Assembly: GCA_051962155.1 (NCBI GenBank)
Contig: JBQCCO010000203.1
Span: forward strand, 409 to 64,408
Length of the DNA: 64,000 bases
Direction: 5' to 3'
Origin: Leifsonia sp.
GTDB taxonomy: Bacteria; Actinomycetota; Actinomycetes; Actinomycetales; Microbacteriaceae
The notes beneath the pieces were generated by a model, which saw only the letters and a program-made list of their open reading frames with translations, searched no databases and was not told the origin of the DNA. The position numbers were made by a program, and so were the translations under genes. Shown here in pieces: positions 9,649 to 17,266 of the stretch. Numbering within the stretch: the first letter of the stretch is position 1; each line of letters opens with the position of its first letter.

Positions 9649-10695
9649 CTAGCGGGTGCGGTAGCGGGTGCGGAGCCTGCGCGCAGCGAGGATGTCGCCG
9701 GCCTGCACCTCCTGCGCCTTCAGGAGGCCCTTGTCCGACTTGAGGGGGAGTCGCAGGTCGACCTCCGCATCGATGCCGGCCACGAGCTCTCGCACCCGCT
9801 CCACCTCCGAGTCGAGTTCCGCGCCGAGCAGCAGGGCGACGTTCGCGATCCAGATCCACAGCAGGAAGACGATGATGCCGGCGAGCGTGCCGTAGGTCCG
9901 GTCGTAGTTGGCGAAGGTGCCCACGTAGAGCGCGAACAGGGCAGATGCGACGGCGAGCACCACGATCGCCGCGATCGACCCGGGCGTGAGCCAGCGGAGC
10001 CGCGGCTGCTTCACGTTCGGCGTCGCGGCGTACAGGACCGCGAGGAGCAGCACCAGCAGAATGGCGACGATCGGCCAGCGGATCACCGACCACGCCACCT
10101 GGAACGCCTGGTCGAGTCCGATCAGCCCGCCCAGGAACGACAGCACCGGGCCGGACACCACGAGCAGGATGGCCAGCAGCGACACGAGCACCAGCGTGAG
10201 GATCGTGACCCCCAGCTGCACCGGCCGCAGGACGAGCGCCGACCGACCCTCCCGAACGCCGTACACCCGGTTCAGGGCGCGCCCGAACGCGCCGACGTAG
10301 CCGGACGCCGACCAGATCGCGCCGACGATCCCGATGGCGAGCGCCCATCCCGTCGCGGGCGAGGAGGCGAGATGCTGGAGCGGACTCTTCAGCACATCCG
10401 TCATGCCGGGCGCGAGGTCGTTGACCATCCCGAACAGTGCGGCGATGCCCGTCTTGCTCTGCCCGACCAGGCCCAGGATGCTGACCAGCGCCAGCAGCGC
10501 GGGGAACAGCGAGAGCACGCCGAAGTAGGTCAGGCCTGCGGCGAGGTCGGTCGCCTGATCGGTGGTGAAGCTGCGCATGGTCCGCTTGAGGATGAAGCCC
10601 CACGGCAGCCGGAACCAGGGGAGGCTGCGGCGGTCCTCGATCCGGCGGATCGCTTCGGCCCGGGCGCTGCCCACACCGCCCTGGTCAGCCGGCAC
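9649..10695 (-). CDS. YihY/BrkB (virulence factor BrkB) family membrane protein
   Basis: DLAAGLTYFGVLSLFPALLALVSILG and six TM helices, with a family-typical C-terminal charged tail. Confidence 0.85.
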   Translation of the reverse strand: MPADQGGVGSARAEAIRRIEDRRSLPWFRLPWGFILKRTMRSFTTDQATDLAAGLTYFGVLSLFPALLALVSILGLVGQSKTGIAALFGMVNDLAPGMTDVLKSPLQHLASSPATGWALAIGIVGAIWSASGYVGAFGRALNRVYGVREGRSALVLRPVQLGVTILTLVLVSLLAILLVVSGPVLSFLGGLIGLDQAFQVAWSVIRWPIVAILLVLLLAVLYAATPNVKQPRLRWLTPGSIAAIVVLAVASALFALYVGTFANYDRTYGTLAGIIVFLLWIWIANVALLLGAELDSEVERVRELVAGIDAEVDLRLPLKSDKGLLKAQEVQAGDILAARRLRTRYRTR

Positions 10696-10963
10696 GCCCG
10701 CTCCTCCGCAGGAGGAGGGCGGCGGTGCCGGCCGCGGCTCCGGTCAGGACGAGGAAGACGCCGGTGAAGAAGGCGGGATGCGACCGGATCTGAACGCGCA
10801 GGTTGAAGGTGGCGAACAGGTCGTCGAGCGTAGCTGCCAGCTCGTCGCGGGTCACCTCCAGGTCGAGCTTGAGCATGTTGATGCCCGCGCCTCGAGGGAG
10901 CGGCGGACGCCCGGCGGGACGCTGACCCGCCCGGCGGACCGAGGGTACCGACTGCGTCGTCAC
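10685..10963 (-). CDS. DUF3618-like small membrane protein
   Basis: TRDELAATLDDL motif plus a C-terminal TM helix. The GTG start overlaps the stop of the upstream Holin-X gene (GTGA). Paralog of 58357-58572. Confidence 0.6.
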   Translation of the reverse strand: MTTQSVPSVRRAGQRPAGRPPLPRGAGINMLKLDLEVTRDELAATLDDLFATFNLRVQIRSHPAFFTGVFLVLTGAAAGTAALLLRRSGRAG

Positions 10964-11388
10964 GGCCGCGCTCCCTTCAACGCCTGGACGTCGGCGCTGA
11001 GTTCGCTGCCGAGGTCCTCGGGCACCGGCGGAATCCCGCGTTTGAGGCTGCGCCAGCCGATCAGGCCGATGACGACGGCGATGACGATGAGGATGGCGGC
11101 CACGATGAGCGCGGCCAGCCAGGCCGGGAGGATCAGCGCGAAGCCCAGCACGGCCGCCGTCACCAGCACGCCGAACGCGAAGAACAGGAACAGGAGGGCG
11201 CCCGCGAGCAGCCCGGCGCCCATCCCGGCCGCCTTCGCCTTCGCGGTCATCTCGGCCTTGAACAGCGCGAGCTCCGACGCGATCAGCCGGCGCAACTGGG
11301 CCACGAGGTCCTTCGCCAGTTGGGGCAGCGGACGCAGTCCTCGGGTGGTGCGGCGCCGCTCGCGCGGCAGCGGTGGCTGGTCGGCCAT
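10960..11388 (-). CDS. Phage-holin-family (Holin-X / Phage_holin_3_6, DUF1469) membrane protein
   Basis: ELALFKAEMTAKAKAAGMGAGLL followed by two TM helices. Clear paralog of 57864-58367. Confidence 0.8.
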   Translation of the reverse strand: MADQPPLPRERRRTTRGLRPLPQLAKDLVAQLRRLIASELALFKAEMTAKAKAAGMGAGLLAGALLFLFFAFGVLVTAAVLGFALILPAWLAALIVAAILIVIAVVIGLIGWRSLKRGIPPVPEDLGSELSADVQALKGARP

Positions 11389-11475
11389 GAAGTCGGGCTC
11401 CCTTCAGACGCTGGTAGGCCGAACGTACCCCGCGCCTGGGCACGAGTGAACCCGCGCATGGTGCACACTAGGGGC

Positions 11476-12000
11476 ATGAACGGCAACGAGATCGACGGCC
11501 GGGGTGGCATCCTCGCGGCCGTGGTCCCCGGGCAGCCGGCCGCCGTCGTCGAGGCGGCCGCACGTCTCGCCGGCGACCTCGGCCTGCCGCTGGTCTGCGC
11601 GAACGTCGATCCCGATCGCTACCTGGTCTCGAGCTACGTCGACGGAACGGTCGTCGCGCTCCCCTACGACCCCGACCTGCCCGAGACCGAGGAGGAACGG
11701 TTCGATCCCGAGCTCGAGGCGCACATCCAGAGCATCCTGGAGGGGCGCGGCATCTCGTACTCGCTGAAGCAGCTGGCCGGCGACCCCGCCTGGGCCCTGG
11801 CGCGGCTGGCCGACGACCTGGATGTGCGATACATCGTTGTCGGGACGCGGGACGCCGGGCTGCGCGGCAGCCTGCGGGAGTTCTTCAACGGGTCGGTCGC
11901 CGTGCACCTGGCGCACCGCCAGCACCGGCCGGTCGTCGTCGTGCCGCTGAATCCGATGCCGGGAGCGCAGAAGCTCCCGTGGGAAGACCCCCCGGTCTAG
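11476..12000 (+). CDS. Universal stress protein (UspA family)
   Basis: C-terminal ATP-binding motif IVVGTRDAGLRGSLREFFNGSVAVHLAHRQHRPVVVVP. SD AGGGG lies 3 nt before the ATG at 11476. Confidence 0.8.
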   Translation: MNGNEIDGRGGILAAVVPGQPAAVVEAAARLAGDLGLPLVCANVDPDRYLVSSYVDGTVVALPYDPDLPETEEERFDPELEAHIQSILEGRGISYSLKQLAGDPAWALARLADDLDVRYIVVGTRDAGLRGSLREFFNGSVAVHLAHRQHRPVVVVPLNPMPGAQKLPWEDPPV

Positions 12001-12446
12001 TGCCGGCGGTCCGTGGACCGGCGCCCGTGCACCTGCACCCGCGCTCCATCCTGCTCGTGTTCGCGGGCGGCGCCCTCGGGACGTCCGTGCGTTATCTGCT
12101 CACCCTGTCGGTGCCGCCCGTGGGCGGAGTCCCTCTGATCACACTCCTCCTCAACGTCACCGGTGCCTTCGTGCTCGGATGGCTGCTGCAGTCGCTCGCG
12201 CTGCACGGACCCGATGAGGGCGTGCGCCGCGATCTGCGCCTGTTCGCCGGAACGGGCATCCTGGGCGGCTACACGACGTACAGCTCGCTCGCGGTGGACA
12301 CCGACGGGCTGATCGCTGCGCAGAGCGTCGGCCTGAGCATCCTGTACGCCGTCGCCACCATCGCGATCGGCGCTGCGGCCTCCGTCGCGGGGATCGCGCT
12401 GGCCTCCACGATCGCCCGGCGTCGCGCGGAGCGGGGGCGACGATGA
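11979..12446 (+). CDS. crcB: Fluoride channel CrcB/FluC, subunit 1
   Basis: LLVFAGGALGTSVRY and GILGGYTTYSS motifs, four TM helices. Start uncertain: a GTG at 12000 would overlap the usp stop by 1 nt. Confidence 0.85.
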   Translation: MGRPPGLVPAVRGPAPVHLHPRSILLVFAGGALGTSVRYLLTLSVPPVGGVPLITLLLNVTGAFVLGWLLQSLALHGPDEGVRRDLRLFAGTGILGGYTTYSSLAVDTDGLIAAQSVGLSILYAVATIAIGAAASVAGIALASTIARRRAERGRR

Positions 12447-12820
12447 CGGTGTTGCTGGTCCTCGCCGTCGCCGCGGCCGGGGGAGTGGGCGCGGTGGCGC
12501 GGCTCGTTCTCGACGGGTTTCTCCGGGCACGGGTGCGCATCGCGTATCCGCTCGGGACGACCGTCATCAACGTCACCGGGTCGTTCCTGCTGGGTCTCGT
12601 CACCGGCCTCGCGCTGGCCCACGGCCTCCCGGCCGAGTGGCGCGCCGTGCTCGGGACCGGTTTCCTCGGCGGCTACACCACGTTCAGCACGGCGAGCTAT
12701 GAGACGGTCCGGCTGGCGCAGCAGCGACGCTACCGGGCGGCGTTCGTCAACGGCGTCGGGATGCTCGTCCTCGCACTCGCCGCTGCCGGCCTCGGGCTCT
12801 GGCTCGGCGAACTCGGCTGA
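12443..12820 (+). CDS. crcB: Fluoride channel CrcB/FluC, subunit 2
   Basis: AAAGGVGAVARL and GFLGGYTTFST motifs. ATGA overlap with the first crcB. Confidence 0.85.
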   Translation: MTVLLVLAVAAAGGVGAVARLVLDGFLRARVRIAYPLGTTVINVTGSFLLGLVTGLALAHGLPAEWRAVLGTGFLGGYTTFSTASYETVRLAQQRRYRAAFVNGVGMLVLALAAAGLGLWLGELG

Positions 12821-12836
12821 TGCCGAGGCCGGCTGG

Positions 12837-13199
12837 TCAGGGCTGGCCGGGCTCCTGCTCCATCCACCACTCGGTGAACTCCTCGGCGCGCCCGTCGGGG
12901 GCCAGCCGGATGATCCACAGGTTGCTGTAGATCGGGCCGTCGCGGTAGTCGGTGACGCCCTCTACGAAGGAGACGGGGCCGTCCTGTCCGAGCAATCGCC
13001 ACTCGAAGCTCGCGGCGCCGGGGTCGTCCTGGGCGTCGAGCCATCCCTCCACGATCTCCTGGTGGCCGTCCCACGGCTCGGCGAACGGTTCCGTGCGGTA
13101 GCTCGCGTCCTCGGTGAACAGGGCGCGGATGTCATCGGGTTCGTTGCTCTCCCATGCGCGCCGGTAGAGGTCGATCCAGTTGGTGATCGCGTCCGCCAT
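12837..13199 (-). CDS. SnoaL-like / NTF2-fold protein
   Basis: MADAITNWIDLYRRAWESNEPDDIRALFTEDASYRTEPF, a typical SnoaL-like N-terminus of about 120 aa. Start placed at the internal ATG. Confidence 0.7.
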   Translation of the reverse strand: MADAITNWIDLYRRAWESNEPDDIRALFTEDASYRTEPFAEPWDGHQEIVEGWLDAQDDPGAASFEWRLLGQDGPVSFVEGVTDYRDGPIYSNLWIIRLAPDGRAEEFTEWWMEQEPGQP

Positions 13200-13315
13200 G
13201 CCCCCGTTATACGCCTTGGGTGCGAGGCGGCGCCATGATCCTTCGCCAACACCTTTACGGTCTGCTAGACGGGGGAGTACAGTCTGCTTCATCTCGAACG
13301 GTCGGGGGTGATCGC

Positions 13316-14239
13316 GTGCTGGAGGCGGCCGATGGGCTGCAGAGCAGGTTCACTCCCGCGCGCGTGCTCCTCGGTTCTCTGCTCCTCGGAGCGGGGCTGA
13401 CCGTGGCAGGCTTCCTGCTGGGCGGTTCTCCCGCTTCCGGCGCAGAGCCGGCACCCCCGAATGGTCCTGTCGGTGCACTCGTGTCCAGCGCGGCCGATTC
13501 GGCCGGTCAGGCCGTCGGCGCGGTCACGAGTGCCGCCGCCGCGGCGCTCCCGGCACCCGCCGCCGCTGCCGTCGCCCCTGTCGTCTCCACCGTCGTCGCG
13601 CCCGTGACCCAGACCGTCGACCAGGTGGCCGGCTCGTCGCCGGTCTCGAGTGCCGTCGATCCGGTGGCCTCCGGTGTCGACGCAGCTGTCGAGCAGCTGC
13701 CCGTCGTCGGCGCTGTGCTTCCGCCGGCGCCGGTGGCCACAGCGACGCAGCCGGTCAGCGGCACCGTCGACCAGACGGTGGTGGATGTCGTCCGCGCAGT
13801 CGGCACGGGTGTCGTGCCGCTGACGCCGATCGCCGCAAGCGGCCCGGGAACGGCTCCCGAACGGGGCTCCTGCCCGGCCGGCGGTCCGGCCATCGCGGGG
13901 GCGGCATCGGAATCGGCTCCGGCGAGTGAGCCGCCTGTCGCGTTCTCCACCTCTTCGTCGGCCGTGTTCGGTCTCCGCGGCTGGTCTGCGGACCTCGGCG
14001 GACCTCTCGGGGGTGGGCCATCGGACCCCGCACCCACTGCTCCACCCGGTCTGCCCGGCGGTAGTCTGCCCGGCGGATCGGCCGCCGGCGGGGGCCTTTC
14101 GGGCGGAGCTGTGCCCGCCGTAGCCACCCTCGACGGCTCCGCCCTGCCCGCATCCGGCTGGATGGCGCGTGCCGGCGCATCCGCGGACGAGCTCCTCCCG
14201 GCCGGCCCGGTCGGCGACCACGACATCAGCCCCGACTGA
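13316..14239 (+). CDS. Secreted/anchored Ala-Val-Pro-rich low-complexity protein
   Basis: GTG start preceded by GGGGGTGA. N-terminal anchor RVLLGSLLLGAGLTVAGFLLGG. Degenerate PV..TVDQ repeats. GC3 is high across the frame. It lies 77 nt upstream of the chaplin-like gene on the same strand. Confidence 0.55.
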   Translation: MLEAADGLQSRFTPARVLLGSLLLGAGLTVAGFLLGGSPASGAEPAPPNGPVGALVSSAADSAGQAVGAVTSAAAAALPAPAAAAVAPVVSTVVAPVTQTVDQVAGSSPVSSAVDPVASGVDAAVEQLPVVGAVLPPAPVATATQPVSGTVDQTVVDVVRAVGTGVVPLTPIAASGPGTAPERGSCPAGGPAIAGAASESAPASEPPVAFSTSSSAVFGLRGWSADLGGPLGGGPSDPAPTAPPGLPGGSLPGGSAAGGGLSGGAVPAVATLDGSALPASGWMARAGASADELLPAGPVGDHDISPD

Positions 14240-14315
14240 GTGGGTCCTTGCTGCCCTCCAGTGGCAGCACGCGACCACTGCCCGGCACACGTGTGCCCGG
14301 GCGAGGACACTCAGC

Positions 14316-15608
14316 ATGAAGGGCTTTCCCATGAATAAGTACGTATCCAGAGGGTTGTGGTTCACCCTCTGCGTCGGCGGCCTCTGGCTCGCCGGCACGG
14401 CCGCGGCGAACGCGGCCGAGACCTCCAGTGGCTCCGGCGGAACCCAAGCGGTCGTCGGCGCCACGGCTCCCGTGACGATCTCGGGCAACGCCATCTCGGT
14501 CCTCGGCGACTCGACGAGTTCCGGCTCCACGGCCCAGGCGCCCGCAGCGCCCGCGCCCTCGGCCTCGATCTCGCCCAGCTCGATCGGCGGCCTCCTCGGT
14601 GGAACGCAGGCGGCGGCTGACGTGAGCGCCCCGGTGACGGTCTCCGGCAATGCGGTGAGCGTGATCGGGGATGCAGGAAGCGCCGGCTCGGCGACCGCCC
14701 CCGCCGCCTCGAGCGGCTCCGGCGGCTCGGGAGCGACCGCTGCATCGTCCGGTGCGCCCGCCGTCCAGGCGCCTGTCGCGGCTGCCGTTCCGGTGACGGC
14801 AGGCGGCAACGCTGTGGCGGTTCTCGGGGACGCGTCCTCGACGGGATCGTCGGCGACCGCTCCCGGCGGTGCCGGATCGGGCGCCACCGCATCCACATCC
14901 GGCACGAACGGCGGGCTGCTGCCCGGTGTGCAGGCTCCGGTGGAAGCGACGGCGCCGGTGACGGCCGGCGGTAACGCCGTCTCGGTGCTCGGGGATGCGT
15001 CCACGAGCGGTTCCACCTCCGGCGGTACGACTGCCGGGACAGGCAGCACGGCGACGTCCGGTTCCGGCGGCGGGCTGCTGCCGGGTGTGCAGGCTCCGGT
15101 CAGCGCCGGCGCCCCGGTGACGGCGGGCGGTAACGCGGTCTCGGTGCTCGGGGATGCGTCCTCCAGCGGAACGATCACGAGTGCTCCTGCTACCGGTGGA
15201 GCGACGGCGGGCGGCACGACCGGTGGTACGACCGGTGGCGGCCTGCTCGGTGGTGGTCTGCTCGGTGGTGGTCTTCTGGACGGTGGCGGACTGCCGATCG
15301 GATTCGGTGTCCCGGTGGCTATCGGCGGAAACGCCCTCGGTCTCGTCAGTGCGAGCACCGGCGACACGTCCACCCCGACGCCTCCCGCGACCCCGATCAC
15401 CCCGGCCGTGGGTGACCCCGAAACGACGGTGGCATCCGTAGGCGGCGTCGTAGCGCTCGGCGCGAGCAGTGGGAGCGGCACGGCGACCCTCGCCTCGACC
15501 GGCTCCGACAACCTGGGGGTCGGCGCCCTCGGCGCTCTCCTGGCCCTCCTCGGAGTGCTTGCGGTCTTCGCCTCGGCCAACCGGGAGCGTCGCCACCACA
15601 CGCGCTGA
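14316..15608 (+). CDS. Six-repeat chaplin-like (DUF320-like) surface protein with LAxTG sortase sorting signal
   Basis: Signal peptide. Six copies of [AV]PV[TA]xxGNA[ILV]x[VL][LIV]G. C-terminal LASTG, hydrophobic helix, then RERRHHTR. An alternative start at ATG 14331 is preceded by GAAGGG. Confidence 0.7.
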   Translation: MKGFPMNKYVSRGLWFTLCVGGLWLAGTAAANAAETSSGSGGTQAVVGATAPVTISGNAISVLGDSTSSGSTAQAPAAPAPSASISPSSIGGLLGGTQAAADVSAPVTVSGNAVSVIGDAGSAGSATAPAASSGSGGSGATAASSGAPAVQAPVAAAVPVTAGGNAVAVLGDASSTGSSATAPGGAGSGATASTSGTNGGLLPGVQAPVEATAPVTAGGNAVSVLGDASTSGSTSGGTTAGTGSTATSGSGGGLLPGVQAPVSAGAPVTAGGNAVSVLGDASSSGTITSAPATGGATAGGTTGGTTGGGLLGGGLLGGGLLDGGGLPIGFGVPVAIGGNALGLVSASTGDTSTPTPPATPITPAVGDPETTVASVGGVVALGASSGSGTATLASTGSDNLGVGALGALLALLGVLAVFASANRERRHHTR

Positions 15609-15643
15609 TCGGATCGTCGTTCGCTCCGCGCGCGCTTCGACTA

Positions 15644-15679
15644 CCCGGCACACCGGCTCCCCCGCGCCGGTGTGCCGGG
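15644..15679. terminator. Perfect 14-bp GC-rich hairpin between convergent genes
   Basis: CCCGGCACACCGGC-tcccccgc-GCCGGTGTGCCGGG, located between the stops at 15608 (+) and 15716 (-). Confidence 0.6.
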
Positions 15680-15715
15680 AATCCGGCGTGGGCAGGTGGG
15701 CGCTACGGGCGTCGG

Positions 15716-16051
15716 TCAGAAGCCGATCGGCCGGCCCGGCGTGAGCGGTTTGTCGTTCCCGACGAATACCCGGCCGTCGTTGTACTCGGCCTCGCGCCGC
15801 TCGACCTCGGCGAGCAGTGCCGTGTTGAGCATCTCGGACCAACTCGTGTCGCGTTCGCCGAACGATGTCTGGCGGTAGGCAGCGCGCGCTCTGTTCCGCA
15901 TGGCATCCGTGATGTAGAAGGTGACCGTCGTGCGCTTCTTGGGCGGAGTGCGCGCGGGCTCGGCCACGGCGCTTGTGGAGGACACCCGGAACTCCGCGGA
16001 GTTCTCGGAGTCCGGTGTATCGGCCGCAGCTGCGGCGGTGGATCGCTCCAT
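15716..16051 (-). CDS. Ribbon-helix-helix (ParG/CopG/Arc-like) DNA-binding protein, orphan
   Basis: Disordered N-terminus, then a beta-strand KKRTTVTFYI, helix DAMRNRARAAYRQT and helix SWSEMLNTALLAEVERREAEYN. Strong SD (AAAGGGGAGAC before the ATG). Confidence 0.65.
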   Translation of the reverse strand: MERSTAAAAADTPDSENSAEFRVSSTSAVAEPARTPPKKRTTVTFYITDAMRNRARAAYRQTSFGERDTSWSEMLNTALLAEVERREAEYNDGRVFVGNDKPLTPGRPIGF

Positions 16052-16225
16052 GTCTCCCCTTTAGGCATATTCGATTGTGATCTTCGATTCCATATACTAA
16101 ACGGTCCATCCCGGGCAGGGCCATTTTCCACAGCGTCTAAGCATGCTTTATATGCCCTAGTCCCAAGCGATCAGGGCATAAAAGACACAGCCTCAACGAG
16201 AGATTCCGGGGGCGACGGGGAGCCG
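16052..16225. promoter_or_regulatory. AT-rich (about 45% GC by eye) upstream region with iterated motifs
   Basis: ATnTTCGATT occurs twice (16067-16076 and 16080-16089). AGGCATAT lies at 16063-16070. An inverted pair TTATATGCCCT (16148-16158) / AGGGCATAAAA (16173-16183) is separated by a 14-nt spacer. Confidence 0.45.
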
Positions 16226-17266
16226 TCAGTTCGAGAGTCGCTCCACGATCGACCCGAACAGCTCGGGGCGCCGGGCGGCGGTCGGGACGATCCGTGGCCG
16301 GAATCGGGAGCGCGACGCCATGACGAGGCCGGTCGTCAGCAGACGGAAGTCACGGGTCGTGCTGCGCCACGCCCGCTCGTACTGTTCCGTGCTGCCGGCG
16401 CGCACCGCGGCGATGGCGGCCCGGGCCTGGGCGAAGCCGACGCGCATCCCTTCGCCGGTGAGCGCGTCCACGTAACCGGAGGCGTCGCCGGCGAGGAGGA
16501 CCCGGCCGGAGGAGCGCGACCGGGCTCGCTGCAGCAGCGGTCCCGCCCCGCGCGGCTCGGTCACCGCCGCCGCGCCCTCGAGGCGGGCTGCGAGCTCCGG
16601 GATCCCAGCGACCACCTCATCCACATCGAGGGGACGCCCGCCGAGCACGGCGACACCGACGAGGCGCTCCGCGACGGGTGTCACGTAGGCCTCCGCTCCG
16701 TGCGACCAGTGCACCTCCACGAGCGACGACCACGGCTCGACGGCGAAGTGCTTGCGCAGTCCGAAGCGTCGACGAGTCCCGGGCTGCGGCCGTCCGTCGA
16801 GACCCAGCATCCGCCGCACGGGGGAGTGCAGGCCGTCGGCGGCGATCACCCATGGCGCCAGGAGCGTCTCTCCGCTGCTCAGGCTCAGCTCCACCGCGTC
16901 CGCGCTCTGCGAGATGCCGGAGACCTTGGCCTGGATGCGCTCCGCGCCGACTTCCTCAGCGCGCTCCGCGAGCGCCTGGTGCAGGACCGTCCGGCGCACG
17001 CCGCGTCCCGGTCGGTCGGCGAAGAAGTGCTCGACGCGCGATGTCCGGTCGAGGTAGGCGATGCCGTCCAGCCGGCGCCCGGGCGGATCGACGCCGATCC
17101 GGTGCAGGGCGGCCAGCGAGCCCGGCATCAGGCCTTCGCCGCACGCCTTGTCGATCGGGCCGACACGCGGCTCGACCAGCGTGACCTCCAGGCCGTTCAT
17201 GCGGGCCTCGATCGCGCAGGCGAGACCGATGGGACCGCCGCCGACCACGACGAGCTGTGGGCTCAT
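16226..17266 (-). CDS. FAD-dependent oxidoreductase (geranylgeranyl-reductase/monooxygenase family), SrsC-like
   Basis: MSPQLVVVGGGPIGLACAIE (dinucleotide-binding GxGxxG motif) and LLAGDASGYVDALTGEG. The ATG overlaps the methyltransferase stop (ATGA). Confidence 0.8.
   Translation of the reverse strand: MSPQLVVVGGGPIGLACAIEARMNGLEVTLVEPRVGPIDKACGEGLMPGSLAALHRIGVDPPGRRLDGIAYLDRTSRVEHFFADRPGRGVRRTVLHQALAERAEEVGAERIQAKVSGISQSADAVELSLSSGETLLAPWVIAADGLHSPVRRMLGLDGRPQPGTRRRFGLRKHFAVEPWSSLVEVHWSHGAEAYVTPVAERLVGVAVLGGRPLDVDEVVAGIPELAARLEGAAAVTEPRGAGPLLQRARSRSSGRVLLAGDASGYVDALTGEGMRVGFAQARAAIAAVRAGSTEQYERAWRSTTRDFRLLTTGLVMASRSRFRPRIVPTAARRPELFGSIVERLSN

Noticed and set aside
11389-11475. Fluoride (crcB-motif) riboswitch upstream of usp-crcB-crcB.
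   Set aside because: I could not find the conserved pseudoknot-forming elements by eye. The call is left to an Infernal scan.
13289-16124. 770-aa and 632-aa minus-strand ORFs (13289-15601 and 14226-16124), including PPSRPPPS-type repeats.
   Set aside because: They are antisense to the Ala/Val/Pro-rich and chaplin-like genes. The repeats are simply the complement of the plus-strand coding repeats. They have no signal or motif support.
16148-16183. The AT-rich inverted repeat TTATATGCCCT-N14-AGGGCATAAAA as an intrinsic terminator for the upstream flavoprotein gene.
   Set aside because: The stem is A/U-rich and weak, and it is not followed by a U-tract on the minus strand. It is more consistent with a protein-binding site in the RHH promoter region.
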